Shown here: piece after piece, positions 20,605-29,597 of the stretch
Numbering within the stretch: the stretch's first letter is position 1
Layout: every line of letters begins with the position of its first letter
Source: Candidatus Hydrogenedentota bacterium
Lineage (GTDB): Bacteria > Hydrogenedentota > Hydrogenedentia > Hydrogenedentales > JAEUWI01
NCBI GenBank assembly: GCA_034669905.1
Contig: JAXMOL010000002.1
Coordinates: forward strand, 160,001 to 224,000
Length of the DNA stretch: 64,000 bases
Reading direction: 5' to 3'
Program-made: the position numbers and the translations under genes
Notes under the pieces: generated by a model
Databases searched by the model: none
What the model saw: the letters and a program-made list of their open reading frames with translations, nothing else
What the model was told of the DNA's origin: nothing

Positions 20605-21816
20605 CTATGGGACCATTGCCAGATGCCGGTTCGCCGCCTGGAGTGTTTTCAGGTAGCCGTTGCGGTGGTTGGTGGCCGTCACACTCATAGAGGCTTCCTG
20701 CCAGGAAAAATCGAAGACCCAGAATGCGGCCAATTGCACCGGGCTCGCAAGCAGCGCGGCGACCATCCGCTCCCCTTCTTCCCGGGCGCTCTCCCGCGTC
20801 CAGGGCGCAGCATTGTCCGGTGGCGGTCCGAATTCGCCGACGAAAAGTCCTTTCCCGGCCCCATCAGCGGCCTTCCGCGCCTCCCCGAATATGGATTCAT
20901 AGTCGACCGACGCCTCCCCGAATCGCTTGTGGCGGGCGTGGGGATACACGTGAATCGAAATCATATCGAGGGGGTCCGGGGTCATATACATTAGATTCTC
21001 CCGAAACTCCGCCGGGCTGTCCTGCGCCCACGTGCCCGCAACCCGTAGATGGTGGGCCGATGCACGGGAGATACTGTGCCCGGAAGTGACAGGCCGATGG
21101 GGATCCACGGCGCGCACGGCCTCGCCAAAAGCGACCAATGCCACCCGGACCATGTCGGAACGAAGATCGTCTTCCGGGCCGCGGGTTGCCGGAGAACCTT
21201 TGTGCACATGGGTCCAGGGCCGGTGCTCCGCCGCATTGGGCAGGTCCACGTTGAGGTTGTATTCATTGCCGAATTCCCACGCCCAGATGGCCGGTGAGTC
21301 CTTATACCGGGTCACCACCTCGGTCACATAAGTCGTCATAAACGCATGGGTCTTGCTCCCGGGCATGCCCCAACGGTTTCGTGGCTCGCCCACGAGATCC
21401 GGAATGCAGGCCGACCACCAGAACAGGGAGGGCACCAGACCCACGCCTGCCTCTTCGGCCGCCCGCACCACGCCATCCATCAAGCTGAAGTAGGCGGCCC
21501 GGTCCGTCTGGTACAGATCCCATTCAACGGGATAAAAGCCACCGAAATTCAACCGCGCAAAGGGGATGTCATGGGCCGCCAGAACCGCGAACCCATCCCG
21601 GTAACGCTGGTCCGCCGGATCTTTCAGACACCGTGTAAAGGCATCCATATAGTTCACCCCGATGGCATGAACCGGGGCACCGTCTTTCAGAATGCGCCCG
21701 TCCTCACCGATGCGAAGTCCCTGCCCCAGCACCGAAGCACAAGAAAAGGACAGGAGGCCTGCCAGGAAAACGCCCCGGCATGCACTCCTGCCCAAACACT
21801 GAAAATACCGCGTCAT
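20605..21816 (-). CDS. glycoside hydrolase family 5 (mannanase/cellulase-like), exported
   Basis: GVNY, RYKDSPAIWAWEFGNE acid/base, SIHVY, FVGEFG nucleophile. Confidence 0.85.
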   Translation of the reverse strand: MTRYFQCLGRSACRGVFLAGLLSFSCASVLGQGLRIGEDGRILKDGAPVHAIGVNYMDAFTRCLKDPADQRYRDGFAVLAAHDIPFARLNFGGFYPVEWDLYQTDRAAYFSLMDGVVRAAEEAGVGLVPSLFWWSACIPDLVGEPRNRWGMPGSKTHAFMTTYVTEVVTRYKDSPAIWAWEFGNEYNLNVDLPNAAEHRPWTHVHKGSPATRGPEDDLRSDMVRVALVAFGEAVRAVDPHRPVTSGHSISRASAHHLRVAGTWAQDSPAEFRENLMYMTPDPLDMISIHVYPHARHKRFGEASVDYESIFGEARKAADGAGKGLFVGEFGPPPDNAAPWTRESAREEGERMVAALLASPVQLAAFWVFDFSWQEASMSVTATNHRNGYLKTLQAANRHLAMVP

Positions 21817-21818
21817 GC

Positions 21819-24800
21819 TTAATCCCGACGATAGAGGGGATCGGCTCCCAAGGTACCTTGGAGGCTATCCAGGTACGCCGGCGAACTGACCTTTTTCAGT
21901 TCCTCTTTCGCGATCACGAGACGCTTATTCAAGTCCAATTGATGACTGTCATCCAAGAGCGCCGGCTTGGAGAGTGCAGCTTCCAGGTTGTCAATGTGCC
22001 GCTGCCACAGGGCGCAATCACGCTCCTGCTTGGTGCCCAGCCGCTCCTGGTACCAGTCACTGGCGATAAGGTATTCCCGGGTAAAGAGGGCCCGCACTTC
22101 GGGGTCCTGCACGGTCTTCCCGTTGTAGTCGCCATGGGCCATGATGTGCAACAAGGCCGCCAGGGGCGGACAGGCCGCTTTGATACTGCCGTCGTCCAGG
22201 AAGGCCTGGGCACACCGTTGCTGCGCCTCCACGATATTCTTGATACCGTCGACAAAGGCTTCCATGTCCTGCGTTTCCGGACGAAGCATCTCCGTGTTGA
22301 AGACCGATGACGGGCTGTCAAAAACCCGGCCAAAGTAATGCCGTAGAAAGGTCTTCGTCATGCGATAGCCCAGTCGACTGGCGGGAATCAGCTCTCCCTC
22401 GTACTCAAAGTCCTCGAGTTTCTCGAAACACCCTTCCGCGATCAATCGCGCCGGATCCCGCTCCGCGGCAGAGAGACGACACCACACTTCGGGAATCAGC
22501 AGGCTTACATCGTGGTCGACCCGGTACTTCGGCCCGATATAGCCGGCCGCCGTCGTAAATGATTGGTAGCCGGTCAAGATATACGAGACAAGGGCATTGT
22601 TCAGATCACTGGTGGGGGTCAGGCAGTTGAAAGGCCCCTTCGTAAGGGCCCCTTCCGACCCTGCACCGGTCGTCGAAGGCGACTTACCCGTCAAGCTCGC
22701 GATGAAATCCATGAAGAGCTCGGGGAGCTCCAAGTAGTGTATGGGATTGTACACGGCAAGCGGACGTATGCCGGCTTTCCGGTCCTGGGGATTGTTCCGG
22801 CGCCCGGGCAGCACGGCATTGACCGGCTGGATGAGCGGCTTATCCATGGGTACACGCCGGTGCAGGCGGGTGGCCACCTCCCCGAGATAGCGCTCCCGGG
22901 GCTCGACCAGATCAGGGCGCATCTGGAGATAACGGGGATTCTTCGTCGGCACCCCATCGACGATGCGGGGATGGGCCGACGAAACGAAATACGCGCAATT
23001 ACTGTCTGCTGCCACCCGATTGATGAGGCCCTGCATCGGCTCGGTGTAGGCATCGAAGCTGATGATTTCCCGCTTGAAGGCGTGGGCATCTTCCCGGGTA
23101 AGGGGCGCGAAATTGGAGATGAAATTGTTGTCTTCCGATAGATCCCATTCGGTCTGGCGATCATAGCCCCGGTGGATGGCCTCATCAGGACGCTGGAAAA
23201 GGCGCGTTTCACAGTTCTCCAGAATCTTCACACTCTCGTTCTTGTACTGCGGATTCAGGTATTCGAGCTGATTCGTCGGCACCACCACAGACGCCGAGAT
23301 GTCGTCTTCCGTCTGAATCTTTGCCGCCGGCATAAAGTCCTGCCGCAACTTGTAGGTCCGCCAGGAGCCATCGCCCAGAAGGCCTACACGCAGATAGCTC
23401 GCTACCAGCTTACGGCCGTGGAATTTCAGTTCATGACCCGGCTTGCCATTGATGATATCGGCACTGAAATGGCTCTGCCAGTCGTCTCCCCACTCAGGAC
23501 GGTAGAAGCGCTTGATGATAAAGACCATCGCCTTTACATAGTCGGGAATCGTTTGGAGCCAGGCATTGTATTCCGGCACGTACTCTTCTTCCGACACCGT
23601 CAACAGACGAATCACCGAACCCAGCGACCGGTTGCTGGCAAGCAACGGCCGGCCTTTCGACACGATCGATTTGTCGATGAAGCGGTTGCTGTAGTTCCGG
23701 TTCATGATCTCTTCGATCTTCTCGAAGTCCAGCTTGTAATCCGCCACAAAAAACGGTCCGTAGTGAACCGCATCCAGCAGGGACTTGGAAATCTCGGACT
23801 TGCCGCCGCCGGAAACGGTGCACGGCTTGTGACAGAAGGTTCCTTCTACCCCCGTTCCGATGAGACGCCACGAAGGGGCTCCCCGGTGCTTCTCCATGTG
23901 GACCTTGTAGCCATCGGGATTGACGTAGGTGTGGTTGGGCGACAGCAAGATCGACTGCTCCTCCCCGTCCTTCGTCCAACTCACCCGTTGGGCATTGAGG
24001 TCAATGTGCACATTCTCCGGCACATAAATAATGTCCGGATACTGCTTATCGATACCATAGCCCTCTGGCTGGATATCCATGAGCTCGCCATACTTTGAGG
24101 CCATCTCCCCAAAGGTGTGGTCATCTTTGGAATAGCGGGCGTCCATGTGAAACTTGTCGCCCAGATTGAATCGCGCATAGGCCAGCGCACCACCGGCGTG
24201 CTCTTCTTCACAATTGCCATACAAGTTGGCCGCATAGCTGAGCTGGGTCTTTACTTCCTTCTTGCAGTAACCAAAATAGTTATCCGCGATCAGGGTCACG
24301 ACGACGCCGCGCTCATCGCGACACGTAATCTTGAAGGCACCCCCGTCATTGTATAACTCGTCGGCATCCTTCCAGCACATCCCCTCACGACGCTGACGCT
24401 CCGTCGCGTGGTCATAATGGGGCAGACCCAGATCCTTCTTCTTGCACTGGGTCAAATGGGGGGCAAGGATCACGCAGCCCGTGTGGCCGGTCCAGTGTTC
24501 CACATCGAGTGCCGCGTCGTGCTCGGGCAGAGAGGGGTCACCGCCATTGCCAAAAATCGTCTCCACAAAGTCCAGATTACTTACCAGACTCGCCGGCGCA
24601 AAAAAACGGGTCTCCATCGTCTTGGCCGGCGAAATCCCCGGCACCTCCGGGACCACTTTGGGCCGAAGCAAGAGCGATACAACCACGTGGGCCTGCTCTG
24701 CCTGTTCCGACAGAAAGGGTAGTTGGGTATAAGTCTTGGGGGGATTCAATGCGGCGATAGCCAGATTGCCATAGACCTGTCGGGGCACTTCCTTCTTGTC

Positions 24801-25286
24801 CAGGGGAACCGGCAGCCCCCCGTCGGCCACGTGAAAGACCCCTTTCGTCGTGCGGCGGTCACTGGCAGGGTTGTGCAACACCCCCTGCTTGATTCGGTAA
24901 GACTCGATGATGTCATTCTTGAATTCGTGGCCATCCACCGGGAGTGAAAGCTCCCGGGCCAGTCCCGGACGGTCCAGGGTGAGCGTATCGCCCGGAAGCC
25001 GAAGGGTGCCATTCAAGGTCACGTCCGAAAGATAATCGTCCAGAAAGTTCTGGATGCGTGTATCGACCGGGCACAGGTAGTCCGCCAACAGGCGGTTCTT
25101 CGCTTTGTAACTCCGCACGAGGCCGTGGGTCAGACCAAGAAAATTGGAACTTGCCTTGGTGTAGGTCGGAAGTCCCAGTGCAGCCAGTTTCAGGCTGATG
25201 TACCGCACGATATGACGGCGCTCGTAACCGAGGTTTTCTCCGTCTCCGCTTTGGGTCATGTCGGATTCTGAGTGTGGGTTGGACAA
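21819..25286 (-). CDS. pyrophosphate-dependent PEP carboxykinase (PEP carboxytransphosphorylase)
   Basis: 1155 aa; GVLHNPASDRRTTKGVFH, DNYFGYCKKEVK, EEEHAGGA, CHKPCTVSGGGKSEISK, TGKSPSTTGAGSEGALTK motifs as in Entamoeba/Propionibacterium PPi-PEPCK. Confidence 0.88.
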   Translation of the reverse strand: MSNPHSESDMTQSGDGENLGYERRHIVRYISLKLAALGLPTYTKASSNFLGLTHGLVRSYKAKNRLLADYLCPVDTRIQNFLDDYLSDVTLNGTLRLPGDTLTLDRPGLARELSLPVDGHEFKNDIIESYRIKQGVLHNPASDRRTTKGVFHVADGGLPVPLDKKEVPRQVYGNLAIAALNPPKTYTQLPFLSEQAEQAHVVVSLLLRPKVVPEVPGISPAKTMETRFFAPASLVSNLDFVETIFGNGGDPSLPEHDAALDVEHWTGHTGCVILAPHLTQCKKKDLGLPHYDHATERQRREGMCWKDADELYNDGGAFKITCRDERGVVVTLIADNYFGYCKKEVKTQLSYAANLYGNCEEEHAGGALAYARFNLGDKFHMDARYSKDDHTFGEMASKYGELMDIQPEGYGIDKQYPDIIYVPENVHIDLNAQRVSWTKDGEEQSILLSPNHTYVNPDGYKVHMEKHRGAPSWRLIGTGVEGTFCHKPCTVSGGGKSEISKSLLDAVHYGPFFVADYKLDFEKIEEIMNRNYSNRFIDKSIVSKGRPLLASNRSLGSVIRLLTVSEEEYVPEYNAWLQTIPDYVKAMVFIIKRFYRPEWGDDWQSHFSADIINGKPGHELKFHGRKLVASYLRVGLLGDGSWRTYKLRQDFMPAAKIQTEDDISASVVVPTNQLEYLNPQYKNESVKILENCETRLFQRPDEAIHRGYDRQTEWDLSEDNNFISNFAPLTREDAHAFKREIISFDAYTEPMQGLINRVAADSNCAYFVSSAHPRIVDGVPTKNPRYLQMRPDLVEPRERYLGEVATRLHRRVPMDKPLIQPVNAVLPGRRNNPQDRKAGIRPLAVYNPIHYLELPELFMDFIASLTGKSPSTTGAGSEGALTKGPFNCLTPTSDLNNALVSYILTGYQSFTTAAGYIGPKYRVDHDVSLLIPEVWCRLSAAERDPARLIAEGCFEKLEDFEYEGELIPASRLGYRMTKTFLRHYFGRVFDSPSSVFNTEMLRPETQDMEAFVDGIKNIVEAQQRCAQAFLDDGSIKAACPPLAALLHIMAHGDYNGKTVQDPEVRALFTREYLIASDWYQERLGTKQERDCALWQRHIDNLEAALSKPALLDDSHQLDLNKRLVIAKEELKKVSSPAYLDSLQGTLGADPLYRRD

Positions 25287-25897
25287 GGCTCTGTTACTCC
25301 CAAGTCGTCGTTGGCGTTAGAGGTGGCTTCTGTCCGATCCCATACCCCGTACGGGCCCCGGAGAAGAAGAAATTTCGGGTCGAGGAACAATCTGCTGCCG
25401 GGACGCAGTCCAGACCATCCGCGGTTGTGCCTTGGAGATGTCGACGCCGTGACACAACGGACACGGGTCTTTGCGGTGGCCTGATCAGGGCCTCCGAATC
25501 ACACAGGGGTGTCCAAGCCCGACGACACGTTGCCTGTGGATAATTCGCCGTATTTCTACGGCCATCTACGCCCCACTATTCTACGAAATCTCAGGGCACG
25601 GTGTCGAACCGACGCCCCGCCCCAACGGGTTCCTGCGACACGACACCCACACATTCTATATATGCGCAGTATTCTTAGCCATGTCGCCCGTTAATTATGG
25701 TCTATACGTTCCGTTTTGTAATCCCCCTTACCGAAAAATACGCGCGTTTGGACAATACTGATAGCAGTGGTATGCGGAAATCTGTTCCCAGTTGATACTG
25801 GTTCGACGGATTCTGCAGGAGTCAAAGACCCGCTGCGCGAGCCATGATGGTTGGCACGGCCCAGCCCTGCCGGGCTGTAAATGGAGGATGAGAGCGT

Positions 25898-26995
25898 ATG
25901 AAATCACAATGGTTACTACCCCTGTGTGCCGCCGTAATACTGGTCGGTTGCCAGACCAATCGGGGCGTCCACGAATTGCCTATGTCGCGAGACTATCACG
26001 ATGTAGAATACTTTGATATCGACGAAGCCGAGGCCATGGTTCAAAAGGCCCACCGGGTGGGGGCCCAGCATCACGCCTCCTTTGAATACCAGTCTGCGAC
26101 CCGCTACCTGAAAATGGCCAAGGCCTCCAAGGCCGAAAACGATAAAAAAGGGCAGTGGGACTATGCCAAACTGGCCCACGATTACGCCGAGAAGGCCATT
26201 GCCAATGGATCCGGCATTGCCGATCGGGGTCCGTTCACCCAATACGCGGATAAGGAAGCCTGCGTGGCCGACTTTAATCGCGTAAAAGCCCGCCATGCCG
26301 AACTCGATCCCGCCAAGGCCGCCCTGGTGGCACCCGTCCTCTATGCCGATGCCACCTATCAGTTGAGTCGCGCCGAGCATGAACTCATCGAAGTGCGCCA
26401 CTGGCCCCAGGCCGGTCCCCGCATTCCCTCCGCCGAAGCCGACATTGATACCATCTGGTCGCAAGACGTAGATGGCGACGGCATCGTCGACATGAAAGAC
26501 GGGGCGCCGTGGGCCCCCGAAGATAAAGACGGCTTCGAAGACATGGACGGCATCCCCGATCCGGACAACGACCAGGACGGCATCCTCGACGATGATGACG
26601 TCAAAATCAACGACCCGGAAACCCACAACAACTGGCATGACTACGATGGCGCTCCGGATACCCCCGCCGCCCTCGACACCATCTACTTCGCCAGTGGTAG
26701 CGCCGCCTTCTCTTCTGAAACGAAGGGGTACCTCCGCGGCCTGGTCCATATCCTCCAGGAATGGCCCGCTATCAAGCTGCACGTAAAAGGACATACCGAC
26801 AGCGTCGCTGGTGAGCCCGCCAACCAGGATCTCTCCAAACGCCGCGCCGAAGTGATTCAGTCCTATCTGATTCAACGCGGCGCGCCGGCCGACCGCGTCA
26901 TGGTGTCCTTCTACGGCGAATCCATGCCCGTCAACGACAACAAGACCGCTGCCGATAAGGCCAAAAACCGTCGGGTCGAGCTCGTACTCGAGTAA
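25898..26995 (+). CDS. OmpA-domain lipoprotein with TSP3-like Asp-rich repeats
   Basis: LVGC lipobox; DVDGDGIVD..PEDKDGFEDMDGIPDPDNDQDGI; GHTDS, NQDLSKRRA, NRRVE. Confidence 0.9.
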   Translation: MKSQWLLPLCAAVILVGCQTNRGVHELPMSRDYHDVEYFDIDEAEAMVQKAHRVGAQHHASFEYQSATRYLKMAKASKAENDKKGQWDYAKLAHDYAEKAIANGSGIADRGPFTQYADKEACVADFNRVKARHAELDPAKAALVAPVLYADATYQLSRAEHELIEVRHWPQAGPRIPSAEADIDTIWSQDVDGDGIVDMKDGAPWAPEDKDGFEDMDGIPDPDNDQDGILDDDDVKINDPETHNNWHDYDGAPDTPAALDTIYFASGSAAFSSETKGYLRGLVHILQEWPAIKLHVKGHTDSVAGEPANQDLSKRRAEVIQSYLIQRGAPADRVMVSFYGESMPVNDNKTAADKAKNRRVELVLE

Positions 26996-27020
26996 GTATC
27001 ACCGGCTGACAAACCCATCC

Positions 27021-27055
27021 GGGCGTGGCTCCCATCGGAGTCACGCCCTTTTTTT
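27021..27055 (+). terminator. intrinsic terminator of the OmpA gene
   Basis: GGGCGTGGCTCC/GGAGTCACGCCC followed by T7. Confidence 0.85.
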
Positions 27056-27272
27056 GGGTACGTCGACGGGGCGTGTGTGGGCCGGAAGCAAGCTGCCGCA
27101 CGCCCGGGAAACGTCTCCGAGCCGGTCAGGCTTTATCGTTCACTCGAATTCCCTGGGGATGCCACCGATACGGACGTGGGGTAGGCGACGCGCCGCAGGC
27201 GGGTACGAACGGCCTGATGGTGCAAGACGTCTCTCCAATGTGAGGCTCCCATCATGCTCGCTCCCCCCAAAC

Positions 27273-27315
27273 AAAAAAACACCCCGGGATACCGCACAGT
27301 ATCCCGGGGTCTTTT
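27273..27315 (-). terminator. terminator of the LysM-M23 gene (possibly bidirectional)
   Basis: A7-ACCCCGGGATAC/GTATCCCGGGGT-CTTTT. Confidence 0.8.
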
Positions 27316-27369
27316 GTGCCCAGTTGCGCCTGAGACAAAAGTAAGGGTTATAAAAAACGCATATTCAGC

Positions 27370-28545
27370 CTAGTTGTCGCCGCCCGCATGGGCTCCATGA
27401 AGGGGGGCCGATTTCAAATGGGGCATGGGGTTGACCGCCTTGCCATGACGTCGCATCTCCAGGTGGAGATGCGGTCCGGTTGAGCGGCCCGTTGAGCCGA
27501 CTTCCGCAATAACCTCACCCGCCTGCACCGTATCCCCCACCGAAACCAGGGTCTTTGCCGTGTGGCCATACACCGACTCCAGTCCATCGTCATGACGGAC
27601 CACTACGGTATTGCCGTAGCCCCCCTTCCAGCCACTGAAAGTCACTTCACCCGCACGCAGAGAAGTAATCTCGGTCCCGCGGTTGGCTGCCAAATCGATG
27701 CCCCCGTGAAAAGCCAGGCGCCCCGAAAAAGGGTCTTTGCGCATGCCATATTCGGAACTCAATCGGGCCGTGCCTTTGAGTACGGGATGCCAGGGGCTTT
27801 CCGGCGGCGTGTTCACAACAGGGCTATGCTCCACGTCGATCAAACCACGCACCCGCGACAGGGCATCAGAGGTACCGTTTAAGAGCCGCTGCAGGGCGTT
27901 CGCCCGCTTCATCGCGCCACCCACCGCAAGTTCCTCGGCGAGGGGCTCGACGGCCCCTACCGGCTTCGGCGTCTCCGGCACAACAGGAGTAAGGCGGCGC
28001 GCCACGGGCATGGGCTTGGACGTCGCGGTCAGGTCTTTATCACGGAGCACATCCACTGGTGCCGTGGGCGGGGTGGCCGACGACATGGATGGGGGCGCGG
28101 AAAGGGGGCTTACCGTCAGGTGCTTCGCCATCGGTGTGGGAGGCGCCATGGGCACGGTGGCCATGGGTACGGCGGCCGAAGCCACCCGCCCCTGCAATAC
28201 GGAAAGGTTTAAGTCCTGACCAGGATGGATAAGATCGGCATTCCGCAGCCCATTGGCGGCGGCCGTTTTGCGGACCCCGTCGTACACTTCGCTCGGCGTG
28301 GGGCTTTTTCCGTCACGCTGCAAAAACTCCCGCACGATACGTGTCAGGTTTTCGCCACGCTGAACACGATGGGTCGCGTTGGGTGCCGGGTTGCTGTCGG
28401 GTGTGAGGCTGGCCGCAGTGGGATTTCTAAGAAATTCTTCGCCCGACCATCGCTCCGGGCTCCGTGCCGGCACCCGGGTATAGGTGGCCACACTTTTCGG
28501 GCGAACTGTGTTTTCTACTTCGTGGGGTATCCCATAGACAGGCAT
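27370..28545 (-). CDS. LysM and M23 peptidase domain protein
   Basis: HRVQRGENLTRI..NGLRNADLIHPGQDL; FHGGIDLA, YGH, STGPHLHLE; GGAGG RBS before ATG 28545. Confidence 0.9.
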   Translation of the reverse strand: MPVYGIPHEVENTVRPKSVATYTRVPARSPERWSGEEFLRNPTAASLTPDSNPAPNATHRVQRGENLTRIVREFLQRDGKSPTPSEVYDGVRKTAAANGLRNADLIHPGQDLNLSVLQGRVASAAVPMATVPMAPPTPMAKHLTVSPLSAPPSMSSATPPTAPVDVLRDKDLTATSKPMPVARRLTPVVPETPKPVGAVEPLAEELAVGGAMKRANALQRLLNGTSDALSRVRGLIDVEHSPVVNTPPESPWHPVLKGTARLSSEYGMRKDPFSGRLAFHGGIDLAANRGTEITSLRAGEVTFSGWKGGYGNTVVVRHDDGLESVYGHTAKTLVSVGDTVQAGEVIAEVGSTGRSTGPHLHLEMRRHGKAVNPMPHLKSAPLHGAHAGGDN

Positions 28546-28911
28546 TGTTTCGACCTCCATCACGACATCCGGGCAACAGAAGCACTGCGCAAGATTCGGA
28601 CCAGAACACGCCAAACCCCCTAACCCATTTATTGGCAGAGAGATAAGAACCCCTTCAAGTGAAAGACAGCGCCCCTCCAACCGGTAGAATCTGCAGGACG
28701 GGGAAAGAATGTCCCCCCACCGCCATCCCGTCGAAGTCACCAGGGATATCCTGCATCCGACCGGTATCAATTGCTTGTCGTTAAAAAGTATTTCGTGGAC
28801 CAAGGGCCCATCTGCCACAAACCCCAACATCGCCTTGCGGCAATGTTGGGGTCCATGACGTTGGGAAGGAAGGAAGATCGTTACTTCTTTCGGGCGTTCC
28901 CGATATATCAT

Positions 28912-29177
28912 AAAAAGAGGAGAGGGTCTCCCCCGAGCAGTGGGGGAGGGAGGAGTGGCTCGGGGGAGACCACGCCGAATGTTGCGGCTTGTGTTAATGG
29001 GAGAGAACCGCTACATGTCAGTTGGTGTGGGGCAATCGGGGGGTACTGACATGCTGGGGAGACATTCGACGCATTGGGAACCTCTTTAATGGTGCGCTTG
29101 TCTTATTCAACTGTCTTATGCATACCAGACGCTCATTTGACCGCCGGTATTCAATTTTTTTCTTTACTGCCTGAACT
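28912..29177 (-). ncRNA. candidate sigma54-dependent sRNA with C-rich loops
   Basis: RpoN promoter upstream; multibranch fold whose G-U pairs work only on the minus strand; 14-bp terminal hairpin with U-tail. Confidence 0.6.
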
Positions 29178-29187
29178 GCCTGTATAG

Positions 29188-29204
29188 AGCAATCGCTGTG
29201 CCAA
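29188..29204 (-). promoter_or_regulatory. sigma54 promoter for the candidate sRNA
   Basis: Minus strand TTGGCAC-AGCGA-TTGCT. Confidence 0.75.
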
Positions 29205-29501
29205 GTTTGGCTGATTCGACCTAAGTCCTTTAACTTCAACTGTACCTGCGCTCAACTGCTTCTACCTTATGTATACACAAGGGGCTCAATTCGGTTTCAC
29301 TTACCTGAAAATATCTCAATTGGGGTTTCTGCACCCCAAACCCGAAACCGGGTTTGCCTCGTAAATTGATTCAAATTGAAACGCGACTGTTTCAAGTTGG
29401 TGCAGGGTCGTGCCCGACACGGTGTACTTGAAACCTGACTTCCTCATCGCAAGCTTCACTTCTATAACGATTTAGATACCCTGGACGATGACAAAATTTT
29501 C

Positions 29502-29518
29502 TTGGCATCACTCTTGCC
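29502..29518 (+). promoter_or_regulatory. sigma54-like promoter of dnaK
   Basis: TTGGCAT-CACTC-TTGCC with correct GG-N10-GC spacing. Confidence 0.6.
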
Positions 29519-29597
29519 CTTATTCAGGCAAAAGAAATGTGCACCAACCCGCACCCCGCCCACCACAGCGCGCGGTGCCAGGAAAGGAATTCGAGAC

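Noticed and set aside
25851..25870. sigma54 promoter for the OmpA gene (TTGGCACGGCCC)
   Set aside because: The -12 element is missing: CC rather than GC at GG+10
28629..28658. sigma28 promoter for the LysM-M23 gene (TGAA..GCCAATAA on minus strand)
   Set aside because: Both boxes mismatch and the spacer is 17 rather than the 15 seen in the four clear promoters; possible but unsupported
28920..29080. Plus-strand GGA/G-rich tract as a CsrB-like RNA or G-quadruplex
   Set aside because: Promoter, U-tail and G-U wobble pairs all support the minus strand, where the tract reads as C-rich loops
29480..29597. CIRCE operator upstream of dnaK
   Set aside because: TTGGCATCACTC resembles only a half-site and has no GAGTGCTAA partner at 9 bp
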